Source: Salpingoeca rosetta
Taxonomy: Eukaryota; Protista; Choanoflagellata
Assembly: GCA_033442325.1 (NCBI GenBank)
Contig: JAWQFM010000031.1
Coordinates: 460,588-524,587, forward strand
DNA length: 64,000 nucleotides
Reading direction: 5' to 3'
Below are positions 1-32,558 of the stretch, in pieces (the first letter of the stretch is position 1; each line of letters opens with the position of its first letter). A program made the position numbers and the translations under genes. The notes under the pieces are model-generated. The model was not told the DNA's origin, did no database searches, and saw only the letters and a program-made list of their open reading frames with translations.

Positions 1-112
1 ATTGGAGGTGATGGTGGTGATGATTGCTTCTTTGTGGCCATCTCGACATCTGTTCATATTCACCCCATATGTCACCGCATGCCACCATCTATGTGTGTGC
101 GTGTGTGCACAG

Positions 113-4538
<4,426 letters not shown>

Positions 4539-5142
4539 GCAGCATGTGAGCAGCACACTTGCAGCAGCAATAGTCGTGGGCTGGCTGTGCATGGCATAGG
4601 GCGGTTTACTCATCGCATGTGCTTGCTTGTGTGTATGTTGTATGTGTGTGTGTGTGTGTGTGTGCGTGTGAACTTACAGTTGGTGTTATGTTAGATTGAT
4701 GTTCGTTTACTGTTGTGAACGTGAGTCTGTGCTCTGTCCATTCGACCTTTTTTTCCCCTTTGGCTGCCAGTGTCAGTGTCACATGTGGGCGACACGTGCC
4801 CATCATGCGTGAAGGTCGCGGCTGCGTCAACACACGCACTTCAGTGCATTGCCGTTGTCGGTGGTGAATTACACAGGTGGCAAGCTGATCAGCACCCGAA
4901 TGCGAATGGAAGAAAGAAGAGAGAGAGAGAGGGAGAGGGAGAGAGAGCAGGGGGGGGGGTGCAGTTTGTACAAGGTGTGCACGCCTTTTGCGAGTAGTAC
5001 ACATGGGAAGGCTTGATGTGAAGACAAAGATGTGTACATGTGTTGATGGTGGTGGCTGTGCTAGTCGGCGTGAGGTTTGGACAGTTGCGGGTCTTGCGGG
5101 ATGGCGAGCAGCATCTGACGGGTTTGGGAAGGGGGCAAGCGA

Positions 5143-5215
<73 letters not shown>

Positions 5216-6102
5216 CCTGCACTGAACCTGACAACAGACCCTGGAGTTACAGAGGTGAGCATTGTGTGACAAACGTTGCATGAGACAGGGGTTACACGCA
5301 GATAAATATCAGCTTCCTCCGTTTCCTAGGCCATACACATCGCACGCCCACACACACACACACACCCTTGTTAACAATAAAACACGATACTCACNNNNNN
5401 NNNNNNNNNNNNNNNNNNNNNNNNNNNNNNNNNNNNNNNNNNNNNNNNNNNNNNNNNNNNNNNNNNNNNNNNNNNNNNNNNNNNNNNNNNNNNNNNNNNN
5501 NNNNNNNNNNNNNNNNNNNNNNNNNNNNNNNNNNNNNNNNNNNNNNNNNNNNNNNNNNNNNNNNNNNNNNNNNNNNNNNNNNNNNNNNNNNNNNNNNNNN
5601 NNNNNNNNNNNNNNNNNNNNNNNNNNNNNNNNNNNNNNNNNNNNNNNNNNNNNNNNNNNNNNNNNNNNNNNNNNNNNNNNNNNNNNNNNNNNNNNNNNNN
5701 NNNNNNNNNNNNNNNNNNNNNNNNNNNNNNNNNNNNNNNNNNNNNNNNNNNNNNNNNNNNNNNNNNNNNNNNNNNNNNNNNNNNNNNNNNNNNNNNNNNN
5801 NNNNNNNNNNNNNNNNNNNNNNNNNNNNNNNNNNNNNNNNNNNNNNNNNNNNNNNNNNNNNNNNNNNNNNNNNNNNNNNNNNNNNNNNNNNNNNNNNNNN
5901 NNNNNNNNNNNNNNNNNNNNNNNNNNNNNNNNNNNNNNNNNNNNNNNNNNNNNNNNNNNNNNNNNNNNNNNNNNNNNNNNNNNNNNNNNNNNNNNNNNNN
6001 NNNNNNNNNNNNNNNNNNNNNNNNNNNNNNNNNNNNNNNNNNNNNNNNNNNNNNNNNNNNNNNNNNNNNNNNNNNNNNNNNNNNNNNNNNGGTCCGTCGT
6101 CG

Positions 6103-6209
<107 letters not shown>

Positions 6210-6300
6210 AGGTTCGCAGAGGGCGTGAACATCTGACAGAAGTGATGGCCGTTCCCTTGAAACCAATCCAATACACACAATCAACTGCTCACGCACTCAC

Positions 6301-7314
6301 GCTTCTGAAATGTACGCGAGACTCTGCATTGTCATATCGGCGGCGTCCTGTCCAGCATCCATTTCAAGCAATGTCATGGCGAGCAGCAAGCAACGCGCAG
6401 AGTAAGATTTCCATGCCATCTCTTGCGCTCTTGTGCTCGCGCATAACCAAATCACGCACACATGCGCACGCGCGCACGCGCGTGCAAGGCTTCAAAAGAC
6501 AATCTTCTTCTTCCTTCCACCTCCCATCGTAACACGGCCGCACCTGCAGCTCGTAGGAGAAGCCGAGCATAAGGTTCACGGAGGCCACGTGCTCTGTACC
6601 GAGCAGCGGCAGCGAAATGTCAATCTCCAGGTCCTCCGGTCTCCCATCAAAGTTTGCATCACGCTCACGCGCCTGTCACAACAGCAATGACAACAATGAC
6701 AGCAGCAACAGCAGCAACAGCCCAGGTAAGAGGATGCGACGTGCTGCGAAACGCGTGTGGCGCACGGTTGCACATTTCAACCTCAGCCCACTTCCACCCA
6801 CTAGCATATGTACTCAAGCACACGACGCAGTCAGAGAGCATCGCGGCAGTACCGTAACGACGGGAAAGCGGAGCGCATCTCCCAGCATGGCGTTGATTTC
6901 GGGAATGGATGTCCACGTCATGATGGGCAGGCCGGCCGAGTCCAGCGCCGTGACCACAATCTCATTCTGGAAGAAGACCAGCGGATCCTCCCTGTACGTG
7001 GCTTCCTCCAGCAGGAAACCTGTGAATACACCACCAAAACAGGGCAAAAGGATGGGACAGGAAATGAGACAGGAAGTGTGTGTGTGTGTGTGCGAATGAA
7101 AAGAACAACCACAAATGAAGCACAAGGAACGCACGCACGTGTTTTCAAACACGCACACACATGCACACAACCATGTCTGACCTCCGGTTCGAATGCAGAC
7201 GAGCAGAGGGGCGACGACGATGATGACCAGGCCCAAGAAGGCGCACAGCCCTGCCCCACTGCATGGCCCAGCATGCCATCGCCTCTCCAAAGGCTCCGCC
7301 AACACACAAACCAT
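6301..7314 (-). CDS. TMEM231: Transmembrane protein 231 (ciliary transition zone, MKS/B9 complex); 3' part unresolved near gap 5395-6090
   Basis: Exons 7314-7182, 7019-6853, 6672-6544, 6347-6301 splice in frame to MVCVLAEPLERRWHAGPCSGA...GFLLEEATYREDPLVFFQNE...WTSIPEINAMLGDALRFPVVTARERDANFDGRPEDL...EHVASVNLMLGFSYELQDAADMTMQSLAY, collinear with TMEM231 as recalled. Confidence 0.88.
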
Positions 7315-7334
7315 GTCCGTGTGCGATGTGTGCG

Positions 7335-7377
<43 letters not shown>

Positions 7378-7470
7378 GGTGAGCAGCGGCGACCGTTGCT
7401 GAAATTCGATGAATGATTTCGCGATTCTTCCAAACTTCCACCACCAAAACAACAAGGAAGACAAAAGACG

Positions 7471-9061
7471 ATGGCGACGTTGGCAGAACAGTACACGGAG
7501 GTGCGGGGACGGCGGTGTTGTGTGTCGTTTCTTTCTGGTAATGGGTTCGTGATGTTGGGCCTCGCCTCCTTTGACCCGTTCAGTGACATTCACAAAACAT
7601 CGCTGTCATTGTGCAGGTGAAAGACTGGCTGCAAGAGCTGTTTCGTGACGAGGATGACGTGCCCCCGTTTGACAACAATGCAGCCACGATCCAAGGTGTG
7701 CGTGTGTTGGGTGTGTTGTGTGTCTGTGTGTTGTGTGTGTGTGTGTGTGTGTCTACGTGTGTTGTGTGTGTGTGTGTGTCTCTGTGTGTGTGTGTCTCTG
7801 TGTGTGTGTGTGTCTACGTGTGTTGTGTGTTTACTGTGTTTGTGTGTGTGTGTGTGTGTTTTCCATGTGTGTTTTTGAATGTGTTCCGTGCATTAATGAG
7901 CGACGGAAGAAGGCATCGTTGCACATTGCACCCTAACACTGCTGCCCCTTGCTTGCTGAATGTAGCGTTGTATTCCTTATGTCGGGAGAGCAAGAAGACC
8001 GATGCCATGGCAGAAGCCGCAACCACAGATGCAACTAAGCGGGCGCAGGAGTACAGATTAGGAAGTGCGCAGCTCACAAGCTTGCTCGATTCCGTTGGTG
8101 TCTCCGAAAACGCTCTCACTCCCACAGGTAACGTGACACTGTGTTCCGGCTGCTGTTGTTGTGCTCGTTGTGACTTGTGAAAGTGTCGTCGTTGTTCCCC
8201 ATGGCCCAGTTCTTAAAGTGACAGTGCTTTCCCTCTGCTTTTATGTTGCACATGACTGTTTTAGGGCGTGAGGCCTTGGATGCTCTCGTTGAAACGCAAC
8301 TTCAGTTGCAAACACGCGACAACGACGGATACACGTAAGAGTATGTTGTTCTTGATGTTCTTGTTGTTCTTGTTGTTGTTGTTGTTGTTGTTCTTCTTCT
8401 TGTTGTTGTTGTTGTTCTTCTTGTTGTTGTTGTTGTTGTTGCTGTTCTTGTTGTTGTTGTTGTTGCTGTTCTTGTTGCTCTTGGTCTTGTTGTTGCTCTT
8501 GTCCAATGTTTTTGCATGCACCGATGCCATCGCATTCAGCCATGCGTTCCTGCCTCACTGTGCAATGTCGCTGCTGAACCTCTACATCGCTGCCGTGCCT
8601 GCAAGCATCATGGCGGGCGTAAGCCATCACGAGGGCCAGCGGCATGCGGCGCGCCACGCGCACGCGCGCGCGGCAGAAAGACTTCAGAGAACACAAACTG
8701 CATGTGCACAAGCACAACGCCGACTCAACGCCACAACAAAGTGCGTGTGTACGTGTGTGTGCGTGTGTGTTTGTGTCTGCACAACAGCAAGTTGTACGAC
8801 TGTATCTTCTTCCTCCGCAGTCCTTGACCACCACCGCTTCTTCCACAAACCACCACTCTAACACTCCCCCACTTCCCGCGTGCTGCAGGGTGTGCGATGA
8901 TCTCTCACGCGGCAAGACGGCGGCTGCTGTTGATGCGCGCTGGCGGGAGGCGGATGTGCAGCAGCAGCTCGAGGCCGTCGCAGACACCAAGCGCTCCCTC
9001 ACACACAGAGAGGTGTGTGAATGTGTGTGTGTGGGGGTGTGTGGGTGTGTCTGTGTGTGTC

Positions 9062-9101
<40 letters not shown>

Positions 9102-9694
9102 GGTGTGTGTGTGTGTGTGTGTGTGTCTGCTTGTGTGTGTGTGTGTGTGGGTGTGTGTGTCGGTGTGTGGGTGTGTGGGTGTGTCTGCGTGTGTCGGTGT
9201 GTGGGTGTGTGGGTGTGTCTGCGTGTGTGTCTGCTTGTCTGCTTGTCTGTCTATCTTTGTGTATGTGAGTGTATCCTTATCCGTCTGTCTGTCCGCGTCG
9301 CTGTCCTTAAGGCATTCAGGCTGTTTGTCCGTGCCTTGTTCTGTTGCAATTCACTGACCCACACCCGCCTTTCCTTCCCCCCATCTTCGTTTCGTTTTCG
9401 CTTCGTTCCGTGTGCAGGCTCACCTGGAGCGTCTCGGTTTCTCCAGCGACATTATGCACAACAACTTGCAGCAGCTGCAACAGGTGAGGCACCGTGCCTC
9501 CCATGCGCACACATGCACACACGCAATCTAGGCAGTCATCTCCAAGGAAATGTTGTGGGGCAGCTGCTTCCTCGTTCACACTTCACCTCCCAATGCTTCT
9601 TCCCTCTTTTTCAGGCTACGGCAGCCATTCAGCGCGAGTGCGATGCCCTCGAGCAACAGCTCCAGGCCGTACAACCACTACCCAAGGTGGGCAG

Positions 9695-9737
<43 letters not shown>

Positions 9738-9938
9738 GTGTTGTGTCTAATAGTTTTTTGCCCACATATCCGCTCCCTCCCTCCATCAATCACTCACACG
9801 GATACTCCCTCCCTCCCTCACCCACACCCCCCCCCGCCCTTGTAGGATGTGCGAGAAGCGCGCGTGTATCTGGAGCGTGCGCGGCTACGGCGGCAACAGC
9901 TCGTGGACAAGCTCAAGGCAAACTTTGATCACATGTAG
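7471..9938 (+). CDS. HAUS1: HAUS augmin-like complex subunit 1
   Basis: Spliced product MATLAEQYTEVKDWLQELFRDEDDVPPFDNNAATIQALYSL...KRAQEY...GREALDALVE...GFSSDIMHNNLQQL...LPKDVREARVYLERAR...NFDHM* follows the HAUS1 pattern (V..WL..+F, P++.N..T...L, .A.EY, LP+...A). Confidence 0.85.
8345..8502. repeat. Imperfect (GTT/CTT)n microsatellite in HAUS1 intron
   Basis: Seen directly. Confidence 0.9.
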
Positions 9939-9973
9939 CAGCAGCTGATGTGCCGTTGCAGTCACGCATACAC

Positions 9974-10010
<37 letters not shown>

Positions 10011-10195
10011 CTCTCTCTCGTTATGCGGCGCTAAGGCTCCTGAGCCAAGAGCTTCCATTCGACGCTCGTGTGCTAGAAGTCAAATCGACCCTGGCTGGCC
10101 CATGTAAAAGTCGTGGCAGGCTCTGGGACTCGTAATAATCGGGACAGGAAAGACCGAAGCTTTTTTGATCCCTTCAAATAATGACAGCAAGTTCC

Positions 10196-10290
<95 letters not shown>

Positions 10291-11175
10291 TGTTGAGCAA
10301 AGCTCTCGCAGTGTACAAACCTTGCAAACAACAGTGCCACCAGACCACCAAACACAAACGCACGTCCACACCAACCGCAACCAACATGCCTGCCACTGTC
10401 ACAACATTACATTGCTCATTGACCCGACGTCATCAGTCAGTTACACACGCACGACGGAACGATGCCTCGTTTGTCAAAGGCATGCATTGTATGTATGCCT
10501 ACCTTTACCTTGCTTGCTCTCTTCCTCGCTTGCGTTGCTGTGCACGTGCGTGCATGTACGCATTGAGAGCAGCCGTGTCCGTTGTGTGTCGGTTGTGGCC
10601 GTTGTCACGAACGACAACGAACGTTCCCTTGACGTTCACGAAGGGTTGTTGATATCTTCCCGAAAGTTTCCCGATCCACCCTTTTTCTTCAAACGCCCAC
10701 AACCACAACCACAACAAAACTCTCTCGGCGAAACAAAGCACCACACGATGCGATGCGCCGCCTACGCACCCACAAACCAAAACACACCCTCTCACATGCA
10801 CTCATTCACACAGCAGCCAGCCAGTCGTCAGTCAGTCAGGCTCACACGCACACCACGGACAGATACGCACTGCACCTCGCTGCTCTGAGATAAGAAAATC
10901 TGGCACTCGCACTCGCATTCAGTCAAGGCAGTCACTTTCCATACACAACCGACGAGCAACTACCCAGCACCTGCGGCCAAACCAACACAGCAAGCAGTCG
11001 CTTGCAAACACATAATATGATGAAGAGCAGAGGGTCTGCGCTCAACACAAGTGCAACTGCAACGGCACTAGCACCACTGATACCAACAACGGCAAAAAGA
11101 AGAGGAGCGCCAAGGCCAACAACACTTGCAGCAGAGAAGTACACAAGCAAGCGTGCCGCCTCGTTGGCCTCCGCA

Positions 11176-12999
11176 ATGCCGGTGTCTCGTTCGGTTGTTG
11201 TGACAGCGCTGGTGACGACGGTGTTGGCGCTTTTGCTGGCAGCGGCACCGAGGAGTTGTGCCGCTGCCTCATCGGAGCGACCAAATGTCCTGATTCTGTT
11301 CTTGGACGATGTCGGTGCAGACCGGTTTCCGTTCTACGGGTCCAACATTGACGTGTCGCCCAACCTGAATGAGCTCTACGAGCGAGCAGTGACGCTGGAT
11401 GCGTTTTTCACCCAGCCCATCTGCGGCCCGTCGCGCGCGTGCCTCCTGAGCGGCCGCCTCACGTCCAACACAAAGGCGTACAGCAACGGGCACAAGCGGA
11501 ACAAGGACTTTGACGAATCCGAGTGCACGTTGGGCTCTGTGTTCCAGCAGGCGGGCTACCGCACCGGCTTGTTTGGAAAGCTCCATGCTTCACACCCATA
11601 CGTGAAGACGCTTGACACCAGCTGTGGCTTTGACACCTGGGCCGTTTGGGCCCGTCGAGGCCCTCGCTACCACAACTCAACGGTGCGACATGGTTGTGTG
11701 CGTGTGTGTGTGTGTGTGTGTTTGTTTGCGTCATGTGTGTTTGTGTGTGTGTATGTTTGTGGTGTTCTGGAGGGTGTTGTTTGCGTCTATGTGTGTGTGT
11801 GTGTGTGTGTGGTTTGTGTTTGTGTTTGCATGTATGTGTGTGCGTGTGTGTTGCCCGTTTGCTTGCTTTCCCTCCTTTTCCCTTTTCCCTCCCCCTCCTT
11901 CTCTCCCTTTCTGTGTCCAACGTGCATGCATGCATGCATGTACGTGTTCTCGCCCATGCCGTCCCTCACCCTTGCCAAACCCACCCCCAACCTCCCCCAC
12001 CCATTCATGTAGATTGAGACAAACATTGGCGAGGGCAACCTAACCTTTGATGGCCTCGTGGATGCCGTGCTTGATCCCGAGAGCGCATCTGTTCCACGCC
12101 GCGTCGCCCTCACCAACACGTACCACCCGCACCTGAACCGCGAGCTGGCAAAGGCCTTCATCTCCACCAGCGTCGCAGAGGACCAGAACTTCCTCCTGCA
12201 CATGCCCATGATCCTGACCCACGGCCCATATGAGGACAAGCCGCAGGACCCCTCACTCCCGGCCGACATGGAGGCTGAGGAGGACAACGACGCGCTGTTC
12301 AACCAGCGGCTGATGGTCGCCGACGCCGTGGTGGGCGACATCCTGCGCCACATGGAGGTGGAGGGCGTGGCCAACAACACGATTGTCGTTGCCATGGGCG
12401 ACAACGGCACGCCGCGCAAGTACTCGTCGATTGTCAACGGCGTCGAAACGCGCTCGGGCAAGCGCCACGCCGGGGAGACCAAGGGCACGCGCGTGCCGTT
12501 CCTCCTCTTCGACCCGCGCCTCGGCACCACGCCCCGCACCGTGAAGCCCATCACCAGCATGGTTGACGTCCTGCCCACGCTCATGGACGCCACGGGCGTG
12601 AATCAGTTGCCTGCAGGCAAGGACCCGCTGGATGGAACGAGCTTCTGGCCGCTCGTGACGGGCGAGTCGAAGCGGCGGCGACAGTGGTCCTTCCTCTTCT
12701 CCAAGACGCGCGCGCCGCACGCCGTGGTGCGCAACCGAAAGATCATCATCACCTCGGACGGCACCGTCTACCGCGAGCGCAAGTGGTACGATCCGGTGCA
12801 GATCACGCCCGAGGTGGTGTGCCGCAAGCGCAAGTACTTCCGCCGGTTCAAGAGCATGGTGAAAGAGGCGTGGAAGCTGGACATTGACGTGACCTTCCCA
12901 GGTTCCGACACCGCCTACCCGCCCAACTCCTGCTCCAAGATTGTCTGCAACGACGAGACAAGCCTGCCAGAGTGTGTCCCTGCATGCCCGTGCAAATGA
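11176..12999 (+). CDS. Secreted formylglycine-dependent (S1) sulfatase; 2 exons (11176-11682, 12013-12999)
   Basis: Hydrophobic signal peptide, RPNVLILFLDDVG, CGPSRACLLSGR (CxPxR), GYRTGLFGKLH, THGPY, NNTIVVAMGDNG, GTRVPFL, SMVDVLPTL, LDGTSF; intron phases match. Confidence 0.93.
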
Positions 13000-13580
13000 G
13001 AGCGTGTGCGTGGACACGCATCGAGATGAGGAGCGCCAACTGCTGCAGTTTTGGGACTGAGGGCCTCCTTATTTTGCAGTGTTGGGGTTTTTCGTCGATT
13101 CCCAATCCCCTTTCCCTCCCACACATGAACGCATGCATGCACATACACACACACACACACACACATATCTCATGTTTATTCCTGTACTCTGTGCGTGTGC
13201 TCTTCGTTTCCCTGGCTGGCTGCCTGTCTTCGCGTCAATCAATCCGCCTACACATGTCCATAGATGACCCGTTAACCCATCCTAGCATCCTGTTGCCCAC
13301 AGACTTGTGCTCCCTCTTCGCGGCTCTCTTTCACATGTTCGTTCCTTTTCCAACACCGCGTTGATGTTGTTGCTGTTACATGCACACACACAACGTGTCC
13401 TTAACGGTTCGATAGTTTTTGTCCTTCTCTTCGTCAATAAAGCAAGTCAAGGATGAACCACTCGCTGCCGCTGACAGGGTTGGCTGCATGTTTATTTGAA
13501 GACATGGGTGGGCTTGAAGAAGAGGGGGGGGGGAGGAGGGATTTGGCCGAGCATGCACACACACACACACACACACACAG

Positions 13581-13656
<76 letters not shown>

Positions 13657-13734
13657 ACAAGAAGAACAAGAAGAACAAGAAGAAAAAGCACAGGTGCAGG
13701 TAGGAATAAGAGCGTGCTGCGAGGAGTTGCCTTG

Positions 13735-18439
<4,705 letters not shown>

Positions 18440-18767
18440 GGTGGTTGTCGTTGAGTGTGTGGACGAGGTGGTGGATTGATCGGGCAGCGAGGTGAGAGGT
18501 GAGAGGCGGCGGGAAAATGAAGCGACGTGTGGTGTTGGAGGTAAACAGTGAGCGGCGTGGACAGCAATGGAAGCACAAACATACAGGTAAAAACACACAA
18601 CACACAACACACAACACACAACACACACAGACACACACATACACACAGACACCGACCCCGTTCCTGCGCAGGTCGTGTAATGCAACGCTTAGTCTGTAAC
18701 ATTAAGTTCTTCCACCGTGCTGTGTGATTCATATTACGTTCTAGTCTCCGGAACGAAGTTTTGTGGA

Positions 18768-19380
18768 AATTGGTAGAATCGGCGTTGTGCGCACCTTCTT
18801 AGCTCGCCGATAGAGGACCGGATTCAGACCTGTCCATGCCGACCCTTCAATTAGGCTACACCGAGTACCCGAGTCTGAATATGCCAGAAACCCTCTTCAA
18901 GGAACCTTCTGGGATAACAACCCGCGCATCAGTCGAGGAACGGATCATGAAAGCGTAATTCTCCAACTGCTTACTTGTGAAGAGATCATATATCCACTTT
19001 AGGATGTCCGCCAGTACAAAAAAACGAGCTCCCTGACCCTTGAAAAACACCCCGCGACACACGCAACGGGCCACCCCGGGTATAGAGGCGTCTCGTGTCA
19101 CGCCATGCCCTACGATGGCTAAATCGGTCATGGCAGAGACTTCAGCTATAATAAGGTACAACTTGTCGCCTCCACTCCTACTTGACATCCTGGGCACGGT
19201 ACACCCAGGTGATCGTGGGATCGGATGCCCACGAGAGGGAGCACGGACAGCATTGTGACTCCCAGTAAGGAATCCGTCTATAAGTGGCGTAAACAGCAGT
19301 GTTGAAATCTTATTGGCATATTAACAGGACCGAAAAAATCTTCGGTAAATATTATAAGGATTGTTTTTTGATCCCAAGAA
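18768..19380 (-). ncRNA. Candidate large structured RNA of unknown family
   Basis: At least 9 perfect inverted-repeat stems plus several G-U-containing helices that pair only on the minus strand; no microsatellites. Confidence 0.5.
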
Positions 19381-19708
19381 CAAAATAACGAACGTACGTC
19401 ACACACACACACACACACACACAGACACACACACACACACACACACACAGACACACACACACACACACATCTTTGGTGTTTGTGTTTCCCGCCAAACCGC
19501 CCACTCGATGATTGTTTATGACTCCACTCAATTTTCCGTAACCGTTTCGCTTGGTTTTGGATTTTCGCGGCAGACAACAACAGCGACGGCGAGCGGAAGA
19601 AGGTGGTGCTGTTGTTGTTGTGTGTTGGTGCACGTTGCTGGGTGCGTGCTGTGTTGTGCTGTGAAGGACCAAACAAGAAGGCAACAACAGTGAGGCAACC
19701 GAGCAACG

Positions 19709-31621
<11,913 letters not shown>

Positions 31622-32558
31622 CCCCATATGTGTGTGTGTGTGTGTGTGTCTGTGTGTCTGTGTGTCTGTGTGACTGACGTGAACCAGAAAGCCTTTGGGC
31701 CATGATACATCTTAGGTTTCATTTTTTGACACGAGCACACGTGTGTTCCTTGCGTTGCTCGAGGTTGTTTGTTACAACAATGCACCCCTTGTGCTGTTTT
31801 GCTTCGGAAATTGGTTCGTTTTTTTTTTTTGTTTGTTTGTTTGTTTGTTGGGGGATACTTTACCGAGCACGAACGTTCTGTCATGATTACACTCCTAAAT
31901 ACCTTGTGTGTTGCAACAACAAACGCATGCGAGTGATAGTCCGCGCAACTGGACACTTGCGTGGAACGGGAAAGCCAGAAAGGTTGCATGTGGCAGAGAT
32001 AAATTAAGCAAAATCAGTGTTCGGGGGTGGGGGGCCTGAGCGCAACACCACTTGCGCCCAAGCAGTTGGTTGATCGTGAGATACGAGCCAGCACACCATG
32101 CCATACGTTTCTTGCCGCTGCCATGTTCTCTACCCCATGTCACGACGCGCAACACGTTGTGTTTGCCTGTGGTGGGCAGGCAGTCACACACACACACACA
32201 CACACGCAACACGCACGCATGCACACGCAACACGCACACACATGCACACGCCCTCACAACACAGTCGTCTAGTTTTCTTTCATGAAGATGACATCATCGC
32301 ACAAAGTGTGCAATTTCACAAGATACAGAGAGATGCAAATTTTCCACGGCCGTTTTTCAACTCAATCCAAAAGTTCGCGCCAAAACCCAACGCGAAAAAA
32401 ACAACGCCCAGAAGTCACCACGCCCTGAAGAGAACACCCTTGAACCCAGTGCCTAAACCCCCTCCTCTCTCTCCTCCTCCTCCTCCACCACCACACCATC
32501 GTTCATCACGCCGCGGTCACAGTACGAAGTAGACTACCCAGCCTTCTCTCTCTCCAAC

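Noticed and set aside
5216-5262. LTSVTPGSVVRFSA as the next TMEM231 exon
   Set aside because: No suitable AG acceptor found; similarity too weak
18768-18880. RNase P P4 (UUCAGAC/GUCUGA), H/ACA box (AGAGGA) or group II domain VI-like bulged A
   Set aside because: P4 halves are in the wrong order, the hairpin is too short for H/ACA, and there is no domain V
19031-19040. CCCTGACCCT as a telomerase RNA template
   Set aside because: Mismatch to CCCTAACCCT, and on the strand opposite to that favoured by G-U pairing
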